Of a DNA stretch of 64,000 bases, positions 29,978 through 42,744 are shown one piece after another. The stretch lies in NCBI GenBank assembly GCA_951406725.2, contig OX597822.1, positions 75,454,001-75,518,000 of the forward strand, read 5' to 3'. The notes below the pieces were generated by a model. The model saw only the letters and a list, made by a program, of their open reading frames with translations. It did not search any database and was not told where the DNA came from. The position numbers and the translations under genes are program-made. The stretch comes from Octopus vulgaris. Lineage: Eukaryota. Within the stretch, counting starts at the first letter, position 1; each line of letters opens with the position of its first letter.

Positions 29978-30034
29978 TTCCACTGATGAAGGCAGAGCAT
30001 TTCTTATGCAGAGCCAGAAATCCGGGTTCTGAAA
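29978..30034 (+). ncRNA. Degenerate type I HHR
   Basis: TTCCA-CTGATGA-AGGC...GCCA-GAAA-TCCGGGT-TC-TGAAA; canonical core, stems partly eroded. Confidence 0.55.
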
Positions 30035-30206
30035 TTATCCACCAATATTTTGCTAATTTATTTTGTCTCTTTGTTTTCTCTCCTGGTGCTGTATGAACAT
30101 TTAATGTGGTTTTAGAGTCAAGCTTTGACTGTTATTTTCAGCGTTGTGGTATCTCTTAGAGACCCTAAATTATAATTTTATATACATACATACATACATA
30201 CATACA

Positions 30207-30330
<124 letters not shown>

Positions 30331-30339
30331 TATATATAT

Positions 30340-30510
30340 GATTGACCGCTAACTCCAAAAGTTTTTATTCTCACCCTGTTTATTTCATCGTGTTCCTTTC
30401 TATTGAAGAGCGTAGGCTCGAAACGTAAAAGACTTTCTCATATTCCTAAGCGTCAAACTAACATACCTACTTGTTGTTTGTCTTTTGTTTTTCTGTAAAT
30501 TTCAACTATG
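30340..30510 (+). mobile_element. Penelope-like terminal repeat with degenerate minimal HHR (30396-30431)
   Basis: CTTT-CTATTGA-A-GAGC(GTAG)GCTC-GAAA-CG-TA-AAAG; relatives at 55650-55835 (+) and 61735-61823 (-). Confidence 0.55.
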
Positions 30511-31104
30511 TGCGTGTGTGTGTGCATTCAGTTATAATGAAACTTCGAAATCACTGTCAATAATATTCTTTTTTAAGAATACTATATATACACAAATATA
30601 TATACATACATACATATATATGTGTGTGTGTGTGCGTGCCTCTGTGTGTCTGTGTGTTTGTGTCTGTCTCCATACTTGACAACCAGCGCTGGGTTGTTTT
30701 TACATTCCCAGAACTTAGCAGCTCGGCAAAAGATACCGATGTATTAAGTCGAAAACTTTTGAAAAATAAGTATTGACGTCGATTTGTTTGAATAAACCTT
30801 TTTTAAGGTGATGCTCTAGCATGGGCGCACTCCAATACCCGTAACAAGGAAAAGATTAATCAATTATAAGTTATAGTATGTCACTGCCTCTTCGGCCTCA
30901 GCATTCTGTCGACCATTTTTCCTCTTCAGCTTTATTAAAATTTGGATATTTAGTTTGTTTATTCATTTTTCCTGTTATTTCTTTTCCAACATTTCAAAAC
31001 AGATTCAAGCCTTGAACTAAACGCGCCATTAAAAAATATCCAAATAACTTGTACAGGTTGCCTACTTCCTGGCAACCAGATGCGTGTCAGGTGAGGTGTG
31101 TAAG

Positions 31105-31555
31105 AGTTTCTTTCTCTTCGTCACTCTTTCTTCATTTCTTCCTTTGTTTCCTCCTTTCTTCCTTTCTTCCTTTACTTCTTTCTTTCTTTCTTTCTTTCTT
31201 TCTTCACTTCTCTGTTTGTTTGTTTCTTTCTTTCTTCCCTTTGTTTCTTTGTTTCTTTCTTTCATTCTTTCTTCCCTTTTTCTTCTCTCCTTTCTTTCTT
31301 CCCTCCTTTCTTTCTTTCTCTCTTTCTTTCATTCTTTCTTCTCTCTCTTCTCTCTCCCTCTCTCCCTCTCTTCCCTTTTTTCTTTCTTTCTCTCCTTCTT
31401 TTGTCTTTCTTTCTTTCTTTCTTTCTTCCCTTCTTTCTTCTCTCCCTCTTTGTTTGTTTGTATGTTTGTTTGTTTGTTTGTTTGTTTGTTTGTTTGTTTG
31501 TTTCTTTCTTTCTTTCTTCCCGTCTTTATTTTCTTTCTTTTTTCTTTCTTCCTTC

Positions 31556-31619
<64 letters not shown>

Positions 31620-31632
31620 ATATATCTATCTA

Positions 31633-31701
<69 letters not shown>

Positions 31702-31725
31702 GTAAGTCTGTCTGTCTGTCTGTCT
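31105..31725. repeat. Polypyrimidine (CTTT/CT/GTTT/TATC) low-complexity tract
   Basis: Direct reading; source of F/L/S pseudo-ORFs. Confidence 0.95.
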
Positions 31726-32782
31726 AGTTATCCTTTACTGCAATCATCCTGGGGCATCACCTTTAAGAATATTCAATCATATTGATAGACCTCAACACCT
31801 TGTTTTTTATAGCCTAGTACTTATTCCATCGGTCAATTTTGCCGAACCGCTATGCTACAAAATGAATACAATAAGGTATTTAATCCATTGCTTTACACTT
31901 GTATCAACTCACACAAACACGTACAAAGGCTTCTTTCAGTTTCCGTCTCCTAATTCCACTCACAATTCTTTGGTTGGACTAAGGTTATAGTAAAAGACAC
32001 GTTCCTAAGGTGCCACGCAGTGATTGAACCCAAGTCCATGTGACTGGGAAGCAAGTTTCGTAGCACACAGCCACGCCTATGTCTCGTTCATTCTTCCTTT
32101 ACATTTTTTTCTTTGCTTTGATGCAAAATTTATCGACATGAATTTAGCATGATGACTAACGCATCACATATCCCGTAAATTATAGGATTTTCGTTAGATT
32201 CTTCCCTCATTATGTCGTTGAAAGCTAATTAAACGTGGAGCCACAGCTTGTTTTATGAATACAGGGCTGTTGGCGTTAGAAATCTCTTTTGCCCTTCGAG
32301 CGTAAACAGCATTTGGAAAATTCAAATGAAATTCTCAGTCGTAGTGCTTTACTTGAAGAAGCCTGAGAAGCACAAAAACCACTCTTTTAAATCGATACCA
32401 AATAAGATTGTCTGTTATATATTTTATCGACATGAAAGGATGAAAGGGAAAGTTGAGCTCAGAATTATTTCATACATGTACCTTGGGGAGATACGTGGAC
32501 ACTTTATCATTACTGTTGAAATTTATCTCTTTGCCTCTCCTACTAAGAATTCTCACCCTCTCTTCTAAATGTGAATAGCCATGCAGCACTTCGACAACAC
32601 GAATCTGCTCGACCCAACTTCTCATACATTAACCCCTCAGCATGTAATGACGGTTAAAATGCCGCTAAGCATTTTGTCCGGTATGGTAACGATTCGGCCA
32701 GCTCGCCACCCTAAAGACTTGCCATTAATAATGTTCACATAAGCACAAGACCTCAGAGTACGGGGATGGTGTTAGTGCAACA

Positions 32783-33040
32783 GGCGGCGAGCTGGCAGAA
32801 ACGTTAGCACACCGGGCTAACGTTTAGCTAGATACCGCTAAATGCTTAGCGCTATTTCGTCTGCCGTTACGTTCTGAGTTCAAATTCCGCCGAGGTCGAC
32901 TTTGCCTTTCATCTTTTCGTGGTCGATTAAATAAGTACCAGTTACGTACTGAGGTCGATGTTATCGAATTAATCCCTTTGTCTATCCTTGTTTGTCCCCT
33001 CTATGCTTAGCCCCTTGTGGGCAGTAAAGAAATAAGAAAA
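32783..33040 (+). mobile_element. SINE family B with 12-bp TSD
   Basis: TSD GTTAGTGCAACA at 32771-32782 and 33041-33052; empty site visible in the right arm (~34394-34405). Confidence 0.95.
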
Positions 33041-33379
33041 GTTAGTGCAACAGATCGACCCCCACCCAGAAGCTGGTTGGTTCTAATTTTTTCAACTTAG
33101 GAATATTGAAGCGGAAGGCCAACCTCGGTAGAATTTAAAAGTGTGCAAATGAATACAACAAATTATTTAATCAGTTGCTTTACACTTGCAGCATATCACT
33201 ACTCTCACTTTCCTATAATAATGATTTCTCAGTCACAAAACTAAAAATGAACATAGTAAAGTGGTTATTGTCAACTCAGATGTTGCTAATACATGATGGA
33301 TCTTACTTATTTTATAGGAATGAACGTCCATTCGCATAAAATATAGGAATGATATATAAAAACAAAGGAATCCAAATTC

Positions 33380-33705
33380 ACAATACTCCGTCAGTTTCTA
33401 CGATCAGTGTTTCAGTTAAATCAATCAATGGAATAACCTGGTCGCGAAATTAACGTGCAAGTGTCTCAGTATTCCACAGACATGCGTACCCTTAACGTAG
33501 ATCTAAGGGAAATTCAGCGAGACCCACCGAATGTGACACGGCTAGACCATTGAATTACAGGTATGATTTATTTTTGCCAGCCGAGTGAATTGGAGCAATG
33601 TGAAATAAAGTATTTTGCTCAAGGACAAGATGCATCATCAGTAATCGAACTCACGTCCTTACGAACCTGAGCCGAATACACTAACCACAAAGCCACGCGA
33701 CCTTA
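33380..33705 (-). mobile_element. Degraded tRNA-derived SINE related to family C
   Basis: AAATTAACGTGCAAGTG...CGTACCCTTAACGTAG is the reverse complement of the family C body. Confidence 0.7.
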
Positions 33706-35311
33706 ATCACAACACAGAAGAAAACAAATACATATGTCTGCTTAATGCGGTGTCCACGGTGAATAAGTGACTGAAATTACAGCACACTTTCCTGGACGGG
33801 ACGTCGGTCACAAGCATGGTTAACTTTCCACTTATACTTGGAACTCATTTACTGCCGAGTGAAGTGGGCAAATTGAAATGATGCGTTTCTCTCAAGAACA
33901 CACGGAACTACACGATCCGGGGAGCAAAACCACGGTTTTATGATGGGCAGTGTAACACCTTAACCTCTAAAGCAAATACTACGAAACATTTAATGTTCCG
34001 TTTTTTGTTACTCTACATTTCCTGCACTTGAAAATAATAATTATAAGAGAAACCCTGAAAAATTAAAGCAAACATTTCTGTATTAATAAAAAGTAAAGCA
34101 AAGATCTCAATATTAGTAACATCTGAGTTGACTTTGACCACTTTACTATGTTCATTTTTATCTTTGTGAGAAATCATTATTATGTGAGAAATATAATTAT
34201 GTGAGAAATCATTATTATTGGAAAGCGAGAGCATTGAATTGCTGCCAGTGTAAAGCAACTGACTAAATAATTTGTTGTATTCATTTACACACTTTTACCT
34301 TTGATTTTAAATTCTACCGAGATTGGCTTTCCGCTTCAATATTCCTAAGTTGAAAAAATAAGAACCAACCAACTTCTGGATGGGGGTCGATCTGTTGCAC
34401 TAACACCATCCATGTACTCCGTGGTCTTGTGTTTATGTGAACATTATTAATGGCAAGTCTTTAGGGTGGCGAGCTGGCAGAATCGTTATCAAACCGGACA
34501 AAATGCTTAGCGGCATTTTAACCGTAATTACATTCTGAGGGGTTAATGTATGAGAAATAAGGCTGAACAGATTTTATATTCAATATTTTCGTTTGAATTT
34601 CACATCAAAACAAGAAAAGCAGGAACTCTATCATTAATTTACAAAATCTACCAATAGTTAAAGGATCATAGAGGAAAATTAACAAGATTAGTTGGACAAA
34701 TAAATACAAAAGCACAGCACACGGGGTTGCAAAAGCAATAAGGAGAATATTTCTCATTCTTAGACTTGCTTTTGTGAGAAACATATTTTTTGTCTATTTG
34801 CTTAATCATTCTTTATCTCTCACTCAATCTCTCGTATCCTCGCTTCCTCGTTTTACTTTTCGAAAGTAGGTCTACGCTGGGAAATAGATTTTCAACATTA
34901 CTATCGTAGATTTTTTTTCATCTGAAAAAGTAACTCTTAATCTCATGGTTGAAAATATAGAAAAGTATACACTATGTTTGAAATGTAAGAGAAGTAACCT
35001 ATGTTTCTCCAATAAATATCATATTCCAAAAAAGAAAAAAACACCTAATTAAATAGCTACCTAGCAAACTTTGGATACATTCATCATGTAGGCATGAGGA
35101 AACAAATTCCACCAAACATTTATTAGAATTGCAGATTGGATACAGCTGCGTATCAAGTAATGTCAATGTTCCCCGTGACACAAAACTTTCTAGCAAAAAA
35201 GCTGTATCCCCTCAAGGTTTTAAAGAAATATATACTCTCTATTTATAGTGCTGAGCTCCTTTCTCTTCGTGTTTGTATACAAAAACAAGCCCACAAACAC
35301 ATATTTTCGTG

Positions 35312-35399
<88 letters not shown>

Positions 35400-35805
35400 A
35401 TTTGTGGGCTTGTTTTCACACGAACGCATAGCTGTATGCAGCATAGAATAGATGTGTTTGCAGTTTTATGTTAAAAAATACGAAAATGCTAATATATACA
35501 CTTGCAGTTTAGAGTGAGGCAATTATTGATTTTGGTGAAGAGCGTGTGCTTTGAAATTCATAAAGGAAGCGGTATATGCTGGTAGTATGAAATACACAAA
35601 CTGATGCTGTAGGACCTAACTGACATCTTTATTGAGAAAGAGAGGGAGAAAAAGTTAGAAGTGTAGAAGGGAGAGAGAGAAAATTAGGAGTGAAGTGCGT
35701 GTGTGTGTATGAGATGCGTGTCTATTGTATTGAGATTTAATGCATTTTATGCCTTTCATAAACTAATCTAGATAAAGAAAATATATAAATTTGGTCGACG
35801 CTTAC

Positions 35806-36827
35806 CACCACCATTTTTTTGGTTTCTGTGTTTTCTTCTCAGTTTTTGGTATTTGTTGGTATACGAAGACTTTTCTTATAAATGCCTCAAAATTCACCCT
35901 AGTTTCTATATGCAAAGTTGGGCCCATATCACAAGCTTTAACGCACCGAAAGACTTTTCCTCCTGAATATACGTAACAGAAACCGGAGTTCGTCTAATAT
36001 GCCCGTTTGTCTTCTTTTGACCGCCAAATACTAACATTCCATAGTATCTGAGCTGCGTATATCTAATCAATTGACTCACAAATATATGGAAGTATACAAT
36101 ACTTGCCTCACATTTCACAGAAAAGCCAAAATTGTATTGAAAAATAGGAATACCAGTAAAGTACATTGATTCAACGAGGATAACTTCACAGGGTCATTCG
36201 ACTGGCGAGGCTAAGCGAAGCCAACAAAGTCTTTCTCGAATCTCACCATATAGTCTTATAAGTACAAAGGAGACATTCCGTAATGTAGTCCTAGATACAC
36301 AACGTTTAAAGACAATAAAATGCTTTTCATCGTTGGTGTCCTGGATGAGGGCTGCCTTGAAGGCCAGCAACTCTAACAACGGCAGCGACAATGTACAAGA
36401 GCAGAAAGAATGGGAAGTAAATTGAAGTTTATTGAAGTCGAAACATGAAAAGAGATTAATTCGTGAGATGCCGTAGGAAATGTACGGAGAGACACGTTGA
36501 TGATGTGAATGATAAAACAGATGAAAGAATGAACATGAACAAGCAGAATGTGTGGACAATGTAATTGACAGTCAAATGGAAGAGAGAATAAAGTTTTTCG
36601 AAAGTTATCGGTCAAAGGAAAAAACAAAACAAAGAAAATAAAAAGCAAAGACAAAACGTGTCTCCGCGAAAAATAGTAACTATATAGGCGTTTGAATAGG
36701 GTGATGTGGATGTCTGAATTCATTCGTAGATGTAAATGGTTAGATTTTCAAGCGCATGTGTATGTATGTATGCCTCTGTGATTACGTGTACAAAAATGTG
36801 TGAGCAGAGAGAGAGAGAGAGAGAGAG

Positions 36828-36909
<82 letters not shown>

Positions 36910-36944
36910 CGTTGCTGTGTCCTTCAGTGTTCAGTTCTCACTGA
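35806..36944 (-). other. Candidate first exon of a host gene (long 5' UTR, ATG-GTG-GTG, then GTAAGC donor)
   Basis: Largely TE-free kilobase; minus strand AAAAAATGGTGGTG|GTAAGC; TCAGT initiator-like motif at 36944-36940; no downstream exons identified. Confidence 0.3.
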
Positions 36945-38829
36945 AACGTGTCCCTCATCAAGTTACGTTCTTCAATCATTTTCCCCGAATATCTAATCAA
37001 CCAGGAATTATATCGACAATACAGGCAATATAGCGTCTGTAAAATCAAAAGGCCATGCTTTTATGAAAATGATATGCATTTATATTCGACATACAGGTAC
37101 ATCAACACGTATACATACTTTTATACATACATGCAACTGTACTTGAGTTTCTTACACACACACACACACATTTATGGCCTAATGAATAAATATGTATGCA
37201 TATATATATACACATGAAATATTAGAAAAAAACACCTTATATCAATTCAAAATGAATAATTAATTAATATATATACTGTAATATATATATATATATATGA
37301 AAATTCTAAATATACATATCTGAAAAATAAAATAATACTTCAATAATTAAATACTTTAAAATTAAATAAAATACACAAACCTATTACAAGTCATTAAATT
37401 GTAATCAAAATAAGAAATGTTTCAAATATAGACAAACTCCTTACATAAGCTAACCATATAATAAACATACATGTGTAGTATCTATAGATTTAATATAACA
37501 AACTATAACAAAATAAACTAAATATCAAATAATATAATACCTAATTAACTTCAATTTAGTATTACAAATATATAATCCACCTATATATATCAATAAATAA
37601 TACAACATATTATTAAAAAAAAGTGCTTACGTAACGACTTGAAACGAATTTACCATCCTCACCGGTCGATTACAAGCGAAATACATTGGTAGAATCAAGT
37701 TTGTCCCTATATTTAGAAGACTGGATGATAAAAGAAATGTCGTATCAAACCATAAAAAGAACCATTGTATGAAACAGAGTCTGAGAACAAGGAAGGATTA
37801 TAATATATAAACAGGCAATAGACTTTTATCACAGGGAGAAAGGAAAGAATAAGCAAATAGCATTAAATCTGAAGACGAGACAGTTCTAATTAAAGTTTCG
37901 TATTCAAAACGCTCGAGCATACTCGGATGTGGGAAGACCTTCCGCTGCGGAAGTAATCGCGGGAGAAAAGTTTCCTCCTATATATCATGCGTGAAAATAC
38001 ATTGCGCAGTTAATTATGATTTCTTTCGCATATAATATTACTAATAGTTTTATGAATTCTGTCTTTGCTTTTTTTTTACTTTTGTGATTCATTAATACTC
38101 AACCCTTAATCTTATTGTATTGTTTATGTAAGTATTAAAAATGTTTATCTCTTGTTCAATGTTTAACCTGACAGCTTAATAAGATAGCATTAGAATAATA
38201 AATATATTCATAAATCTAAGCTGTTATGGTTGAGTAAGAAAAGAAATGGCTTCTTAATTTCATTAAAATTTCATCAAGAAGAGGATAATAATCCTCAGCT
38301 TACTTAAGACTGAACTGGCGCGTCTTGGCGGCTTCATTAAATGAATTGTTCTTATCTTGTGTTTTTCTTTCAATCTATCATTAAGGTTTATTGCTTGTTT
38401 ATTTAGTAATTTATATTTCATTTTTAGATTACTTTTAACTGGTTTTCACCTTCACTAGATACTTCTTCGGCTGTAGGATCCTAGTTTTCCTCTTTCTTTC
38501 TGTGGTTCTTTCTATGATCTCGTGTGAACTTTCTCATCCTACCTACCATATAAGGTTAAATTTCATTCCACGAATGTATTTCGCTTGTAACTGACTGATG
38601 GACATGGAACCTACGTAAAAAAAAGTTACAAGGTAACCACTTAAAACGTACGTATTAAATACGTTCGAAATATCAGTAATCGGATTTGTGAATACTTTCA
38701 TAATATTGTAATCATTTCATCACAGTCTACCGTATCCCTGCAAGGATAATACAATGAAATGGCAATATAAGTATAAGAGTGGAATGTTGATCTGGATATT
38801 GATTTGGAAAAGAATACTGCGGCGAATAC

Positions 38830-38906
<77 letters not shown>

Positions 38907-39062
38907 ATTGTCCGTACCTTCGAACGCGGATAGACGAAATAGGGTCAACTGAAGAAGGGGAATATTCCTTATGTTGTATATCTTGTACTCTGCTCTTTCG
39001 TTGTTTGAAAAAAATGTTCGTTTCCATGTTTTTGTATATATATATACATTATATATATATTA

Positions 39063-39093
<31 letters not shown>

Positions 39094-39094
39094 C

Positions 39095-39154
<60 letters not shown>

Positions 39155-39173
39155 ATATATATATATATACATA

Positions 39174-39350
<177 letters not shown>

Positions 39351-39412
39351 ATATATATATACATACATATATACAATATACATACATGTACACACACACA
39401 TATTTATGCTTG

Positions 39413-39448
<36 letters not shown>

Positions 39449-39672
39449 AAATACTGAATTTCTAAATCTCTCGTAGAGACATGTACGGTGGTGGGGCGAT
39501 AGAATGGTTGTATACTGTCAATCTAACACGAACGTGACAGTAGGGGGTACACCACCGCTGTATAGCCCTAGGAAGCATCGAACGCCTCCTGATGGCTTTG
39601 ACACATTTTCCCCTGTGTCCTTATATACATTTACGAAGGGGAGACAAACACCCCCGGCCGCCGAAGCTGCTA

Positions 39673-39716
39673 CTAGGGACACGTGTTTCAGGATCATTGT
39701 CCTTCATCGGCCTAGA
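39673..39716 (-). ncRNA. Type I hammerhead ribozyme (copy 1, antisense)
   Basis: Reverse complement of the copy at 39771. Confidence 0.8.
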
Positions 39717-39770
39717 TATATACAATTGCAAAGTCGAGACAAATATCACCAGCTGACCGGTGTCTGCTAC

Positions 39771-39815
39771 TCTAGGCCGATGAAGGACAATGATCCTGAA
39801 ACACGTGTCCCTAGA
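39771..39815 (+). ncRNA. Type I hammerhead ribozyme (copy 2), predicted cleavage after C39809
   Basis: TCTAGG-CCGATGA-AGGA(CAATGA)TCCT-GAAA-CACGTG-TC-CCTAGA. Confidence 0.85.
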
Positions 39816-40137
39816 TGCAGCTTCGGCGGCCGGGGGTATTTGTCTCCCCTTCGTAAATGTATATAAGGACACAGGGAAAAATATGTCAAAGCCATCAGGA
39901 GGCGTTCTATGCTTCCTAGGGCTATACAGCGGTGGTGTGCCCCCCTCTACTGTCACGTTCGTGTTAGATTGACAGTATACAACCATTCTATCGCCCCACC
40001 ATCGTACATGTCTCAACGAGAGATTTAGAAATTCAGTATTTCTTATTTTGATAATCAGTGAATAGACTTCACTGAATTATAGATATATACAATTGCGAAG
40101 TCGAGACAAATATCACCAGCTGACCGGTGTCTGCTAC

Positions 40138-40182
40138 TCTAGGCCGATGAAGGACAATGATCCTGAAACACGTGTCCCTAGA
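40138..40182 (+). ncRNA. Type I hammerhead ribozyme (copy 3), predicted cleavage after C40176
   Basis: Identical to copy 2. Confidence 0.85.
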
Positions 40183-40348
40183 TGGAGCTTCGGCGGCCGG
40201 GGGTGTTTGTCTCCCCTTCGTAAATGTATATAAGGACACAGGGAAAAATGTGTCAAAGCCATCAGGAGGCGTTCGATGCTTCCTAGGGCTATACAGCGGT
40301 GGTGTACCCCTCTACTGTCACGTTCGTGTTAGATTGACAGTATACAAC

Positions 40349-40389
<41 letters not shown>

Positions 40390-40448
40390 GCGTGTTTGTA
40401 TAAACTATACATATGGTAATGTAATATAACATAATAGACATGTAGACA

Positions 40449-40502
<54 letters not shown>

Positions 40503-41229
40503 ATCATCTCCAATGCTCTGCTAATTAACTTTAGCCGGGACTTTCAACAAATTCGGTTTTTCGTTCTGCAGTAAGTTGATGTTTTTTCTCTTTTCTTTTT
40601 AATGTTTGCTCAACATGAATACCTTTCCTTGTTTACGAATCACCCATAAATTGCATTAACATGTCCTTCTGTTCGCTAATGCCATAAATTATGGCAGAAC
40701 ATCTTCTATATTCCGGTTTTCACGTCATTTCAAGCCTTAAATGATCTTAATCACTGAGTGTCATGTTAGCGATACAAACTTTCATTTGACATCGTTTTCA
40801 AATTGGTTACTCTAATAAAACATTGGATAATATGTTCACTAATGGATTAAGTTTATATTATGTTGGTGCGAAATACTTCAGTGATGGCCACTGTTATTTT
40901 AAATTTGAATACGAACAAAAGTGAGCGGACATTGAGGTCGATGCTTAGGAAAAACTAAGTTTAATGACGTGTTATGAATGGTGCCGGCCAGTCGGATCTA
41001 CAGCTCTGATAAATAACGGTTTACTGGAAACTTACTGTATGTATGTATGTATGTATGTATGTATGTATGTATGTATGTATGTATGTATGTATGTATGTAT
41101 GATGGTATGTATGTATGTACGTACGCACGTATATATGTATTAATTTATGTGTATATATATATATGTATATATTTATATATAAATTTATATTTATACACAA
41201 ATGTATTTATGTATCTCTCTCTCTCTCTC

Positions 41230-41297
<68 letters not shown>

Positions 41298-41559
41298 TGT
41301 GCGTATAAATATACGTTTTTTTATCCATAAGTCATCGCTCCTTTCTTCCTCTCTCTCCCCTTTTTCTGTAAACTTCCATGCATAGCGTACCCTTTTCCTC
41401 TTACTTCCGCTCTGATACATCACATCCTTTTTCTCCATCAATCGTCATGCGACTGCAATGTTCTCTTGTCTTTCCTGCAATTCCTTTTCGCTTGTTTTGC
41501 ACAAACATCCAACATTTCAGCTCACAAGAAGTTTATCTCCCGAGTTGTATCGTTTTGTC

Positions 41560-41870
41560 TTATATTATTTGGATCTTGAAATAATGTATTTTTTGTTCTT
41601 TCTTGTTCTTCCCAAGCTGCTAAGGCAATGCCGCATTGGTTTTTGTCTCCGTCCGTCCCTTCCGCTCTCACTTATCTCCAGTTTTCCTGTTATGTGTGCC
41701 TCGTATTTGCTGCTTATGTCTATCACACAGCTAAATATTTAATAATATTTCTTCCCATCTTCTTTGTCCCGTCGTTATCGGACTTCTCCTCCCTATTCAG
41801 GGTTTCCGGCACAACTAGTCAGGTACAGCTGTCTTCAACAATATTCTTAAAATGCTCAAAAATACCAAAA
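41560..41870 (-). mobile_element. RTE-type LINE C-terminal remnant
   Basis: Minus-strand translation includes HITGKLEISESGRDGRRQK, resembling the ITGKIEGKRxRGRQR motif. Confidence 0.45.
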
Positions 41871-41996
41871 GTGTGTTAGCATGAATCACTAAGCACTTTA
41901 TCAGCCGTTCAACGGCTATATGAGAAACATATTATAAATTAAATGTCTTTTACATTTTAACTACATGTATTAAGACAAGAGACAAGGCCAGCAATT

Positions 41997-42360
41997 CCTT
42001 ATCTACTCTAGGCATAAGGCCCGAAATTTTGGGGGAGGGGCCACTTGATTCGATCGACCCCAGTACGCAACTGGTACTTAACTGTCAAAGTCGACCTCGG
42101 CGGAATTTGAACTCAGAACGTAGACAGACGAAATACCTATTTCTATTTCTTTACTACCCACAAGGAGCTAAACACAGAGGAGACAAAGAAGGACAGACAG
42201 ACGGATTAAGTCGATTATATCGACCCCCGTGCGTAACTGGTACTTAATTTATCGACCCCGAAAGGATGAAAGGCAGAGTCGAACTCAGAACGTAACGGCA
42301 GACGAAATATGGCTACGCATTTTGCCCGGCGTGCTAACGTTTCTGCCAGCTCGCCGCCTC
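41997..42360 (-). mobile_element. SINE family B (partial dimer) with TSD, inserted in an older SINE
   Basis: TSD ACAA(G/C)GCCAGCAATT at 41982-41996 and 42361-42375. Confidence 0.9.
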
Positions 42361-42744
42361 ACAACGCCAGCAATTTCGTGAGAGAAATATGTCGACTCTC
42401 TCGACCTCAGTGCCAAACTGGTACTCATTTTAACGACAATAAAAGGATGAGTGACAAAATTGACCTCGGCGGAATTTGAACTTAGAACATAAAGACAGAC
42501 AAAATGCTACTTATTAAAAATAAGATGCAGCACGAAATTTTGTCCGTGAATAGGTCGCGGTTTCAAAGCGACGAAAATATTTCGACATATTAAATTTAAA
42601 GGTTGAAGTGAATCTAGCGGTTTTTGTGTGTTTTTAAATGGCTTATAAACACCTTCCACGCTGCAATTGTTTTAGTTTCAGCATACCATCTCAAATCAGG
42701 TCATTTACTATGCAAATACATTTCCTTCCGTAATAAAAATATAT

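Larger units (their letters stand above)
32600..34575. repeat. Large diverged inverted duplication (arms ~32600-33290 and ~34110-34575)
   Basis: Colinear reverse-complement similarity over ~450 bp excluding the SINE insert. Confidence 0.9.
39444..40355 (+). mobile_element. HHR-containing tandem/inverted array (non-LTR retrozyme or Penelope-like pLTR array) inserted in (TA)n
   Basis: Inverted partial copy 39444-39716, then ~1.7 tandem copies with 367-bp period; three identical HHR cores. Confidence 0.9.

Noticed and set aside
31049-31785. 218-233 aa hydrophobic ORFs
   Set aside because: Polypyrimidine low-complexity tract.
38150-38550. hAT transposase remnant on the minus strand (YYPLLDEILMKLRSHF)
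   Set aside because: One short weak motif among many stops; no TIRs found.
38910-38970. Possible permuted (type II) hammerhead around CTGAAGA
   Set aside because: GAAA and UH positions cannot be placed without several assumed mutations.
39504-40429. ORFs of 60-131 aa in the HHR array
   Set aside because: Frames differ between copies because of indels; no recognisable domain; the signal is RNA structure.
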